From Octopus bimaculoides (Eukaryota), in assembly GCF_001194135.2 (NCBI RefSeq), contig NC_068984.1, positions 129,558,306 to 129,596,344 on the forward strand: a stretch of DNA of 38,039 nucleotides, in the 5' to 3' direction. Shown piece by piece: positions 10,875 to 21,262 of this stretch. The notes beneath the pieces are model-generated. The model was given only the letters and a program-made list of their open reading frames with translations. It made no database searches and was not told where the DNA came from. Positions within the stretch are counted from its first letter, which is position 1, and every line of letters begins with the position of its first letter. Position numbers and translations under genes: made by a program.

Positions 10875-11047
10875 GGTACTACTAAAGCAGCGCGGACACG
10901 AACGCGCAGTCGCGCTAGCTAGTCGTGAGTGGTCGATCCTAACCCTAAACACGTATTCATTTGCACACGCGGGTTAGGGATAGGGTTAGGATCGACCACT
11001 CAAGACTAGCTAGCGCGGACGCGCGACTGCGCTGCTTTAGTAGTACC
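10875..11047. mobile_element. 173-bp CpG-rich foldback MITE, Merlin-like (GGTACTACTAAAGCAGCGC), with CCCTAA/TTAGGG core
   Basis: Long TIRs and exact 9-bp flanking repeat TATAAGATG (10866-10874 / 11048-11056). Confidence 0.88.
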
Positions 11048-11421
11048 TATAAGATGTTCTAAATGATATATATTTTATAATTTTTTCTCGTCGTTTTTAA
11101 CATTTCTAATCTCCATCAAGAAGGTAATCCCAGTAATTATTCAGTTTACGTTCGTCAAAGAATAAATAATTAAATTAAGTAAAGGGAAATAACTATATAC
11201 AACAAAGTAGATTGTCTGATACCTTACTAACCCTTGTCACCCCGCATCATCTTTATCTGTAATTTACAACTGATTTCTAGCTTCGCTTTGGAGAAAATGA
11301 TTATTTACTCGACTTATAAAACCATCTAGTTGTGTCTTCCACACATAAATCTGTATTTCTGACAGGTTATCTAGTTAGCATTCCTTACTGCTTTCTTCTT
11401 TCCTTTCATAAAACAAACTTG

Positions 11422-12015
11422 GGATCTATTTCAAAACGGGGGCACCAGTTTTCATTTATGTTTTATGTAGTGTTTTTGGTACCGAAAGACTTTCAAACTT
11501 CGTATACTTATCTATTTTGTGTTATAGAACAGAAAAAAAATTTTGTATTCGAATTTATTTCATGTAAAAAATTGTCTTATTTCGATAATTTCTACTAATC
11601 ACTGACGTCTATTCAGTTGAAAACAGTTAGCGCTGTAACGGTGTATATCGTATTAATACCCTAACCCTAACTCTAGAATCCGAACTCTAAAATTGTTACA
11701 CACAGATACGCACAGCGTAATTTATTATATAAACAATATATGCGTATAAATTACGATTAAACCGGATGAAATATGTCACAGGGAATAACATTTTTATGAT
11801 CGCCCAGCAGTAACTCTATTCAGCTGAATAGACGTCAGTGATTGGTTGAAATTACAGAAATACGACAACTTTAACATGGAATAACTTACGATGTACATTT
11901 TTTTGTTAAGAAGACTAAGAGTAAAAGATGTTTTATATGACACATTCTACCAGTGTCCCAAGTTTCAAAGTGTTTCGTTAAGAAAATACTGGTGCCCCCG
12001 TTTTAAAATAGATCC
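11422..12015. mobile_element. 594-bp MITE (GGATCTATTT..AAAACGGGGGCACCAGT) with long diverged TIRs
   Basis: 28-bp near-perfect TIR, inner inverted match AATCACTGACGTCTATTCAG, exact 8-bp TSD CAAACTTG (11414-11421 / 12016-12023), internal CCCTAACCCTAA. Partial copies at 18681-18745 and 32528-32790. Confidence 0.85.
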
Positions 12016-13171
12016 CAAACTTGCAGCTAAAAGTACGCCTAAAAAAATATATAAAATAAACAAGTACTAAGAAAAAACAAAAACAACTGAAACTAAAATC
12101 AAAGTTATCAATACTGTCAACAATACGTTTTGATTCTACGAACGTAAACTGAATAATTATCGGTGATCCCTCTTACATGGTAGTTGTAAGAGTATGATTG
12201 TAAACTCCTCGCTCTGCTTTTTGCATTTGAGTATTTATTTCCGAGTTACGATATTAAATCAATATAGAAATACAAATAATTTTTGTGTAGAAACATTTGT
12301 ATTTAATGCTCGTTCAGTTTTACACGTTTTTCTTTTTTTGCATCTATCCAGTGCAATGGATTGACCGAAGTCCTCGAGGGTCTACATTTAGCAACAACCG
12401 ATTGATACGTAAAACTGATTAATTTCTCTCATTTATGTCTGCAAAGCTAGCAGAACATAAAACTCCAGAACTGTCGTGGTCTACAATAATTCTTTTAGCG
12501 TAATTAAATGATTTTGATATTGAGCTATTTTTCGACTTTTCTCTTATTGTGAATTATGAAACTATTAAAAAAAAAAGCCTAAGGTGGTTTGGACGACCGA
12601 GAATTCTTAGATTCGGTTTCGAATCTAGGCTTGGAGAAGGAAGTGTTAATTTTTACAAAAAAACATTTATTCAATCTTGCCTTACTCATTTTGCCCCACC
12701 TAAATTTAACTTTTATATGCTCAAAGAGAACGGAGATAATTTTCTGAAATAATGTCCTGAATGTGTTACAATGTTTTTAATGCATTTAAAGTACGCGTAA
12801 TCACGGAGATGTGAGTTCGAGTCTCATAGCTGGCCACCTACACTTTTTTCTGCAAAATAGGGGTTGTTTATCCTGTCCAGGCTCTATTCTTAGCATTATC
12901 CTTAAAAATCACTTCTGTAATAATATGTTTAAATAATAAAATTATTACATCAATTCTCCAACCATACAGTAATTCAATACTAGTGCAAACACATAAACAC
13001 ATTGGAACAAAAAGTATTTCCACATCATGGTTGTTTTGCTGACTTTTATCCTACAGGATAACACTTCCAGACCGAAATCTTGATGTGTTATTTCTGAAAA
13101 AAAAAAAAAAGCACCCAAACTTGACTGTTACATGTAATGTTACATGGAAAAATTTGAGCAAGAGAAATAAT

Positions 13172-14020
13172 ACTGGAGGCCTACACTGGCAGGCTGCACT
13201 CATCTATCTTGATGACATCATTGTATTTGGTCGAACATTTGATCAGATACTGGAGAAGTTATTGGAGGTATTTAAGAAGTTTCGAGCTGCAAACCTCAAG
13301 TTGAACCTGAAGAAATGCTGTCTGTTCCAGAAGAAAGTAAGATACCTGGAACATGTTGTGGGTGAAGATGGTGTCCATACTAACCCAGAGAAGGTGGCAG
13401 CCGTGGGAGATTGGCCAGTTCCTACTTGTGGAAGCGAGTTGAAGAGATTCCTAGGACTGTGCACCTATGACAGGTGCTTTGTAAAGGACTTTGTGACGGT
13501 GGCTGCACCGTTTTACAAGCTGCTGGGAAAGAGCCAAAAGTTTGAATGGACTGCCATGACACGGAACGCTTTTGACAAACTCAAACAGGCGCTAATAAGT
13601 TCTCCTGTATTGCCATACCAGGACCCAAGCCAGCCTTTTAAAATGGATTGTGACACCAGTAGCCATGTTATCTGTGGAATACTGTCTCAGAGGGAGGGTG
13701 ACAAAGAATATGTGGTGGCGTAATACAGTAAAAAGTTTAGTCTACCGGAACGAAACTACTGCGTAACTCATAAAGAGCTTTTGGCAGTGATGAAGAGCAT
13801 TGGCTTTTTCTATCCGTACCTGTATAGTTCCCACTTTACCATCAGAATGGACCATCCAGCACTCAAGTGGCTGAAGACACTGAGGAATCTGGAGGGACAA
13901 TTAGCATGCTGGCTAGGGAAACTGAACCAGCAAATCTATGAGATACAGCATCATCTGGGGCAGGTAAATGGTAATGCTTACAGTTTGAATCATCATCCTT
14001 GTAACCCGGACTGCAAGCAT
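13172..14020 (+). mobile_element. Ty3/Gypsy LTR retrotransposon pol fragment (RT C-terminal half + RNase H), pseudogenised
   Basis: IYLDDIIVFG, NLKKC, FLGLCTY, FKMDCDTS, NYCVTHKELLAV, FTIRMDH motifs. In-frame TAA at 13721-13723, no LTRs seen. Confidence 0.9.
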
Positions 14021-14922
14021 TATGCAAAGTGCCCTTCACTTCAAGACAGTAAACTTCTCTTATCAACAGATTTAATTGCTCGCTGAACTTTTCCACGTGT
14101 TTCTTATTCTAGCTACTTTCTGAACAACCACTTTCCCTGTTAATTAAGTCCCCTCTCTAAGAGAAGCAATCAACTATTTCTAATAAGTGAGCTGGGCATT
14201 TCAGAGTATCTATTTCCAGTGTGTATTTATCTGGTTCATCTGCTAGATATAATTCTTACCTTCTCTGTAAGTCCACCTGTGACTCCATCACCCTTCTTGT
14301 ATGTCCACAGCTTATATGTATGGAGTTCCCACCTATGCTCTTCAGCATAGTGAACGAGGTCATCTACCTGATGATACTGAGGTCTTGTCTTCTTTCCTAG
14401 AGACCAACACTCTAGTCTTTGCTCTGTATACCTTGATGCTGCTCAGTTCTAGAAATTCCATGCTTGGAATTTCTTTTCTAATTCTGCTATCAATTCTACT
14501 CTCAGAATTAGATTATTAATGTACAGCAGATCGCATAGGTACACATTTTTAATCTCTTCTCTGATGACTCGCAACACTATAATGAATAGGAAAGATCTGA
14601 AAATTTAGCATTGATGGACACCTACTTTCACACTATATTCATTGCTGACTCTCACTAAATACAGCAATTTCTCTTTTACAAGTAATTCTCCAGCAGTTGT
14701 CTCTCCAGGAACATTGCATCTGTCTTACCTCTTCCAAGCATAAAATCAAATTGTATTTCATCAGGACTAAATCTATTTTTGATCAAATATACTGTCATAT
14801 TCTGCATGAACTTCATAACCTGATCCAGTATTTTGATGCTACTGCAATTCCTTCTCTCTAGTGCACCCCCTTTGACTTCAGAGCAGTTTACAATCATATT
14901 GTTACTCCAGTCATCAGGGCAT
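14013..14922 (-). mobile_element. RTE-clade LINE reverse transcriptase fragment, decayed
   Basis: PDDW..IVNC..KGGALER, QFDFMLGRGKTDAMFLERQL, LIAELEKKFQAW and WEKF..LL..EVKGTLHNAC match RTE RT motifs. Multiple stops and frameshifts. Confidence 0.8.
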
Positions 14923-15386
14923 CAAACTAGAATGATGGCCACTGTTCAGTAGATGAAAAAAAAAAAAGTGTCAAACTTTCTGAGTGGGTGGAAATACCAG
15001 GGTGATTGAGGGATCCAGGCACGATATGTGTCAGATTTGGATTAGAAGTATGCGAATTAAGTTCTCATCCAGAACTTTCAAATGATATATAATTTTCCAT
15101 AGAAAAAATGCATTTTGACAAGAAAATGATCAAGCAGAAAGTGAGTTTTTGCATGGTCAAATTATGCTTGTTTTCCTTCAATGGCACTCTATAGTGATAC
15201 ATATTTCTATTCATTTTTACAAATGCTGCATATATGTATGTATAGAGAGAGAGACAGACACACACACACAAATTTATACATATATTCTATTATGCTGTGA
15301 TGAACAAGTCTCTTTTACATTTTATTTATTGATAACATAACAATTGAACAATATTACTGATCTCTGAGAATATATATGATTATGCT

Positions 15387-15392
15387 TTTATT
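15387..15392 (-). terminator. Polyadenylation signal AATAAA of gene B
   Basis: Conserved context with A and C. Confidence 0.6.
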
Positions 15393-15777
15393 TAAAATAT
15401 CACAATATGTTATTTCAGCACTACGGTGATAATAAAATATAGTCACAGCAGCTTGTTATTATACTTCTGTATCTTCTGTCCATTTCAAATACAGTTATAG
15501 TTATACAAGTTATTTTAAAAATAAATTTTAACACAGAGCATGTGTCCAAATAAAGTATGTGTATTTCATGTAAGAGGTTATTAATAGAGTTCACATAAAG
15601 AATGGCATCTGGCCGTAAAACACTACCTCAAAAGGGAAACCATGATGAGTATATAGTTTGTCACAAGTTCACTGATTGCTGTTAAGTCCATAAGGCTAAT
15701 CCATAGTTTAGCAATGAAAATGACCTTGAAATGTTATCGGTTGTTGTGAGTGGTAATCAATTCTAACAAAAATACAG

Positions 15778-15924
15778 TCACACTTTTGTAAGGAGAGATA
15801 TATGTGAAGTTAAGTTGCTTTGTTGAGCAAAAGATTTATAATATATATTGCACAGATATTGTTTCTCAACTGTATGAATATGATTGTGGTCACTTAAATC
15901 ACTAATTTTAGAGACTGATTTACC
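15778..15924 (-). pseudogene. Fossil last two zinc fingers of gene B, out of frame after a deletion
   Basis: The shifted frame reads GKSVSKISDLSDHNHIHTVEKQYLCNIYYKSFAQQSNLTSHISLLTKV*, homologous to the end of protein A. Confidence 0.8.
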
Positions 15925-16766
15925 TCAGTATGAATACGTTTGTGGTTAGTTAAAATACTATTACGAGTGAATGATTTACCACAGATATCACAGTGAAATG
16001 GCCTCTCTCCTGTATGCATACGTACATGTATAGATAAGCTACTACTTCTGGAGAATGATGTACCACAGACATCACAGTGAAACGGTTTCTCTCCTGTATG
16101 CATACGTCTGTGTTTAGTTAAGTCACTACTTGCAGAGAATGATTTGCCACAGGTATCACACTGAAATGGTTTCTCGCCTGTATGCATACGTATATGTTTA
16201 GTGAAGTCACTATTTCGCAAGAATGATTTATCACAAAAATGGCAGTGATATGGTCTCTCCAACGTATGAATACGTTTATGGTTAGTCAAAACATTGTTAT
16301 AAGAGAATGATTTACCACAGAAATTACAGTGATATGGCTTCTCGCCTGTATGAATACGTTTATGTCTATTTAGTTTAGTGCTCTCAGAAAATGATTTACT
16401 ACAGATATCACAGTGAAATTTCTCTCCTGTATGAATACGTTTATGTCTACTCAGTTTAGCACTCTCAGAGAATGATTCATCACAGATATCACAATGATAT
16501 GGTTTTTCTCCGGTATGAAGACGTTTGTGTCTAGTTAAGGAACTATTTAAAGAAAATGATTTACCACAGACATCACAGTGAAATGGTTTCTCTCCTGTAT
16601 GGATACGTAGGTGTTTATTTAAGTCACTATTGGCAGAGAATGATTTACCACAGATACCACAGTGAAATTTCTCCCCTGTATGAATACATATGTGTTTATG
16701 TAATTGAATCATTTCAGGGAAAATTTTACCACAGATTTCACAGAGATATGGTGTAGTTTCTGACAT
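15894..16766 (-). CDS. C2H2 zinc-finger protein B, 10 fingers, frameshifted C-terminus
   Basis: 290-aa ORF of C2H2 repeats, close paralogue of A including flanks. Confidence 0.9.
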   Translation of the reverse strand: MSETTPYLCEICGKIFPEMIQLHKHICIHTGEKFHCGICGKSFSANSDLNKHLRIHTGEKPFHCDVCGKSFSLNSSLTRHKRLHTGEKPYHCDICDESFSESAKLSRHKRIHTGEKFHCDICSKSFSESTKLNRHKRIHTGEKPYHCNFCGKSFSYNNVLTNHKRIHTLERPYHCHFCDKSFLRNSDFTKHIRMHTGEKPFQCDTCGKSFSASSDLTKHRRMHTGEKPFHCDVCGTSFSRSSSLSIHVRMHTGERPFHCDICGKSFTRNSILTNHKRIHTEVNQSLKLVI

Positions 16767-17698
16767 TTTGAACAGCTCTTCAAAGAATATAAAAACTCAG
16801 TCTATTGTTATCAACTGTAATCTTCACTGACATCTAAGAGGTGTTGTAAACACCTTCAAAAATTTAATCAAGTTTCATTAAAAGGGAAAAGCATCAGACA
16901 GTGAGGTAGAGAAACGTTGCTATTAAAGCAAATATTTCACAGTAATTCCACCATCAATTAATAGGGTTATATCTGTCATACATAAAATTTTCCCTTAGAC
17001 TTTAAAAGATTAGATATTGAAGGTGTATCCAATTTAAAATAAATCCTGTATGCCAATGTTGTCTGTTAATCTGAAATAATAAAGAAACAGTGTAAGAAAT
17101 AGAGGATAGATAAACATGGAAATTTTACTACATTTCGATATTGATAGACAAATTATATAACATAATACAACTAGTTGTAATGTCAATGTAACACTGTTTC
17201 ACTCCAAACAAAGCCATGGAATGTTGACACACACACACACATACATACATATATACATATTTATTTATTTATATAAGAGCATTACTATATATGAGTCCCT
17301 CTTAGCATGAGGCATTCATGTATAGTAATGCCCTTATATAAATAGATATATTTATAGGGAATAAATGATGGATTTTTCCCTTATGAGGTTTTGTTTTTTC
17401 ATGCTAACTACTTGATAAATTCTTACAAAGACTTTATCCTATTATTGAATTATATATATATATATATATTAAAGTAGTTACAAGCATTTAAAATGTCATT
17501 TCAGTCAATCAAAGCCTTGATTGCCAGACATACTGTATGTCATAACCATCCTCATAGGAACAGTGCACAAAAACCTTTACTTAATCTCTCAACCTGCTAG
17601 AAATAGCAGCCATATCTTTCTTTCACCAGACAATCATCATCATCATTTAAAATTTTCTGAAAATCTCCCGAAAATAAAAAAAGTAATTGCGTGCTTAA

Positions 17699-17860
17699 NN
17701 NNNNNNNNNNNNNNNNNNNNNNNNNNNNNNNNNNNNNNNNNNNNNNNNNNNNNNNNNNNNNNNNNNNNNNNNNNNNNNNNNNNNNNNNNNNNNNNNNNNN
17801 NNNNNNNNNNNNNNNNNNNNNNNNNNNNNNNNNNNNNNNNNNNNNNNNNNNNNNNNNNNN
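17699..17860. other. Assembly gap (further gaps at 18435-18457 and 23385-23396)
   Basis: N runs. Confidence 1.
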
Positions 17861-18560
17861 TCCACACCCGGTGGAAAAAGCGAAAAAAAATAGTGTAGTA
17901 GTTGAAGTGCACCTTATATGAAATAAATATGAAGGAAAAAATGCGCTTTGGCAAACGGGGTTAGGGTTAGGTTTTGAGTTAGGGTTAGGGTAAACCTAAC
18001 CTTAACCCTAACCCTAACCAGATTTGGCTGTTATTTCTAGCATGTAAATAGCCTCCTTGGTGGGGGGTGGGGAATTGAAATTTTTCAAACAATTTTTTTT
18101 CAGAATCGGAATTGCTTTCGAATTTTACAGGCTTTCTTTCTATTTTTTTTATTATTTTGTATTGTTCGTTTTCGAATATATGTTCTCTGGTAAAAAGCGT
18201 GAAACTCGCAGTTCAACTTTCTGAGTAAATGCAAGATTTGGATATGTCCGCGTTTAGCTGTTATTTCTAGCATATCAAGTTTCGTGGTGGGGACGCCACA
18301 TGTGATCCTTTTTCTGTTTCAATATAAATGTAAGCCGCTCATTTTCACATCTAAGTTGCGAGAAGGCTATTCATACGACCTGGACATGTAGAACACAATG
18401 TCAAAAATGAAAATCGCCACAAAAAAAAAAAAAANNNNNNNNNNNNNNNNNNNNNNNTTTCTTTTTTAGGGGGAATCGCATGACCGTGACATATAGAACA
18501 CATTATCGAAAACGAAAATCGCCAAAATAAAAAAATAAAAAAGTTATAGCCATTTTCCCT
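17861..18560. repeat. Unclassified repeat with inverted TTAGGG/CCCTAA arrays (17956-18019)
   Basis: GGGGTTAGGGTTAGG..TTAGGGTTAGGG then CCTAACCTTAACCCTAACCCTAACC. The 5' part resembles the 22260/28090/28435 repeat. Confidence 0.55.
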
Positions 18561-18799
18561 CAGTGTCTAATTCCAATGTCCACCAAAAAAGGTTACATCC
18601 GTGGAGACTGACTGTATTTCAATGTTATTGATAATCACTCAACAAGTGGAAACCACTTGGGCAAACTTTTCTCAACAACGCTAAGAGTAAAAGATGTTCT
18701 ATATGACAGATTCTACCAGTATCCGAAGTTTCAAAGTGTTTAGTTACAAAAAATTAATTTCTCGATCTGCCGATGAAAGTGAAATGATCCATAAACGGT

Positions 18800-19010
18800 G
18801 CTGTGGTACTCTGTGCCATCTTTTTTAATGTATACTTTTTTGGACGAGAGATCACGTAAAGGTTTCTGCTGTTCCCATGGGGACAAACATTCACAACTTC
18901 CGCTATGTCCGGCAATCAAGGCTTCGACTGGCGAAAATGACGTAGATGTTTATAACTTTTGGACTATTAATCTCCAAGAAAAATAATGCAGTTTTCTCAT
19001 CAGCAAGTAA
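18800..19010 (+). mobile_element. Possible degraded Helitron Rep N-terminal fragment
   Basis: Weak only: KGFCCSHG..QLP and a shifted NNAVFSSAS resemble the Helitron CC..G...LP and YNxAFxFxS motifs. Confidence 0.25.
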
Positions 19011-19140
19011 AATACATCAGAAATACATTTTCAACTGGTTAGAAGAAATTTAGCAAGATCTCCATCGTGTACAATTAACGATATTTGAAGACTGAAAAAC
19101 GTCACGACTACCAAAAAAAAAAAAAAAAAAACTGCATATA

Positions 19141-19605
19141 GGCGCAGACATTGGCTGTGATAAGAATTTTGCATCCCAACCACACATAATTCCGGGTTTA
19201 GTCTCACTGTAAGGGTCAAGTGTCTTCTGCTATAGTCTTTGGGCAGACCAAAGCCTTGTGAGTAGAATTGTTAGACGGAAACTGAAAGAAGCCCGTCACA
19301 TATGTGTGTGTCTCCCACCGCCGCTCGACAATCAGTGTTGGTGTGTTTACGTACCCGTAACTTAACGGTTCGGCGAAAGGACCGACAGAAGAAGGGCGGA
19401 GGTAAAGAATATGTACACCACCAGTTTTCAGCGTGACAAAAAAAACCCTAACCTTAAAATTGGGTGTACATATTCTTTACTTTCGTCCAGAAGTACCAGA
19501 CTTGAAGAAGAAAAAAGTATTAGGGTCGATTCATTCGTCAAAAGATTATTCAAGACGGTACCCCCCAGTATGGCAGCAGACTAACGACCGAAAGACGTAG
19601 AAGAT
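19141..19605 (+). mobile_element. tRNA-derived SINE family S3, interrupted by a mini-MITE
   Basis: Aligns to 27001-27353 and the reverse copy at 36761-37105. Confidence 0.75.
19394..19488. mobile_element. 95-bp mini-MITE with CCCTAACC core, inserted in the S3 SINE
   Basis: Perfect 18-bp IR GTAAAGAATATGTACACC (19402-19419 / 19463-19480), GG..CC ends, imperfect flanking repeat CAGAAGAA / CAGAAGTA. Confidence 0.75.
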
Positions 19606-19967
19606 ACGAGTAAATATGATCGCTAGAATAAACTTGAAGGTTTGTTATTGCTTAAAATGCGTCTCTAATGTAGTGGTGAAGAGAATTAATATCTGTGTGA
19701 CTAGTAACATAACATGAAAAGGTTTTCAATTAGCAGATCTGTAATTACTTTATATCACCTGTAACAGTCAGGTATTTCTTCTTTTTTTTTTTCAAAAAAT
19801 AGCAAATCAACATTTAAGTTTTGAAGTATTACCCTCACTTCAAAGAAAAGGTCACCAAGAAGACGAAACTTCCACAGAAATACTGCATGATTGTAAGGTT
19901 CACGTATTAATCCTGCTATTTACATACATTATTACGGATTTATTCAAGTAAATCTTTGTCAACTTAC

Positions 19968-20130
19968 CGCTTCTAACATGTCAACAGTGAATCGCTGTGT
20001 TGACGAAACTCCTAAAGAAATTCTCTCGTTGTTAGACTGGGATTTTCAAATGTTTCCTCCACTTTATTTCTACGACATAAACGTTCGGGTAGCTTCCTGA
20101 CTGTAGACATCAATTCGTATCTTGTCACAT
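19968..20130 (-). other. Putative non-coding exon 1 of gene B
   Basis: Conserved block with motif at 20101-20121 and donor. Confidence 0.65.
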
Positions 20131-21262
20131 TGCGCCAATGAACACGACCTGGTGTCCTTAAATGCACTTTCCATCACAGATATATCAGCGTGTATATTAC
20201 AATATTACAGCTACCCCTTGTTTCAATATTTATTAAATATATCTATGTTTTGATTTTTTTTTCAAACTATGTACCCTTTATTGTTGAGATTCGAAATGAA
20301 AATAACACGAACGAATGCGGATTAAGGGTGTCCAATCAATTATTATCTGTTAATGGAAGTTCCGGATAGCGCACAGATTTCATTAAAATAAAAATGGAAA
20401 CAGAGAAACAATGAAAGAAAACAGGAAGAAAAACATCAATTCAACATCAAAAAGCGGAAATCACACATACGCGCGCGCACACCACTAATAATATACCATA
20501 CCAACCAAATCAGACTCCAGTCTGATTTGGTATGATATATTTTGTTCCATTTTGTAGATGCAATTTTAATAAAGCACTCCGAAATTAGAAAAATCAAAAA
20601 TCTGCAACAATCTCTGTCCTATGAGTATCGAATAATGGGTTTTCAACTGTGTAAAGAAACTAATTGTGGTGATTGTAGTTTTGACAGTGATTGTGGTGAA
20701 AGCAGAGACAGTGTTGATGATGATGATGATGGTCGAAATAAGTATGGGAAGAGGATAAAATAGTATCGGTGGTTATAATCGCGACAGGAGCAGTGTGATG
20801 CTGAGGTGATGGTGGTAATAGTGGTGTTGATGATAGTGTTAGTTGTGTGATGGTGGTATTGTAGTGGTTATACTGGTTGTGGTGGTGAAAGTGACTGTCA
20901 AGGTAACCGTCATGATAACGTTGACGGTAGTGTTTGTGGTTGCAGTGGAAGCAATGACAATGCTGCTGATGATGTTGGTTGTTGTGGTGGTGGTTGTGAT
21001 ATGGTGGTGGTGGTCGTCGTGCTGCTCCTGTTGGTTTGGCGGAGGTCTGCGCTCTCCGAGTGCTTTTCTAGTTAAATATTGTTATTGTTTTTGTTGAATA
21101 AAATTTGTTGAAAAAAAGCCGCAATAATTATGCACCAACCCAATAATAAATGATCGCGACAAAAAGAAAGTTGGTTGTTGTTATTAATCTAGAACAACAT
21201 ACAAACGAATTCGACTACACTAACCAGTCTTGCAACTAAATAATAAGTGGGAAATAGAGACA
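20122..21262. promoter_or_regulatory. Putative bidirectional promoter between genes B and C
   Basis: Lies between two divergent exon-1 blocks. Contains CCAAT (20135-20139), a palindrome (20491-20540) and a GT-rich trinucleotide tract. Confidence 0.55.
20650..21040. repeat. Degenerate (GAT/GGT/GTT)n trinucleotide low-complexity tract
   Basis: Direct observation. Confidence 0.85.

Larger units (their letters stand above)
17071..19967 (-). other. Putative intron 1 of gene B
   Basis: Donor GCG|GTAAGT at 19967 and acceptor TTTCTTTATTATTTCAG|ATTAAC at 17071. Contains two assembly gaps. Confidence 0.65.

Noticed and set aside
12795-12840. B-box-like GTTCGAGTC as a tRNA or SINE
   Set aside because: No A-box, cloverleaf or repeat body identifiable.
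13085-13171. N-terminal part of the 212-aa ORF as part of Gypsy pol
   Set aside because: Poly-Lys from an A-run and non-homologous sequence. RT similarity starts at ~13172.
17956-18019. Chromosomal telomere-fusion scar
   Set aside because: Only a few degenerate units, embedded in a repeat, and similar short inverted arrays occur inside several TSD-flanked MITEs nearby.
20542-21097. Asp-rich and Val-rich ORFs
   Set aside because: Translations of the trinucleotide low-complexity tract.
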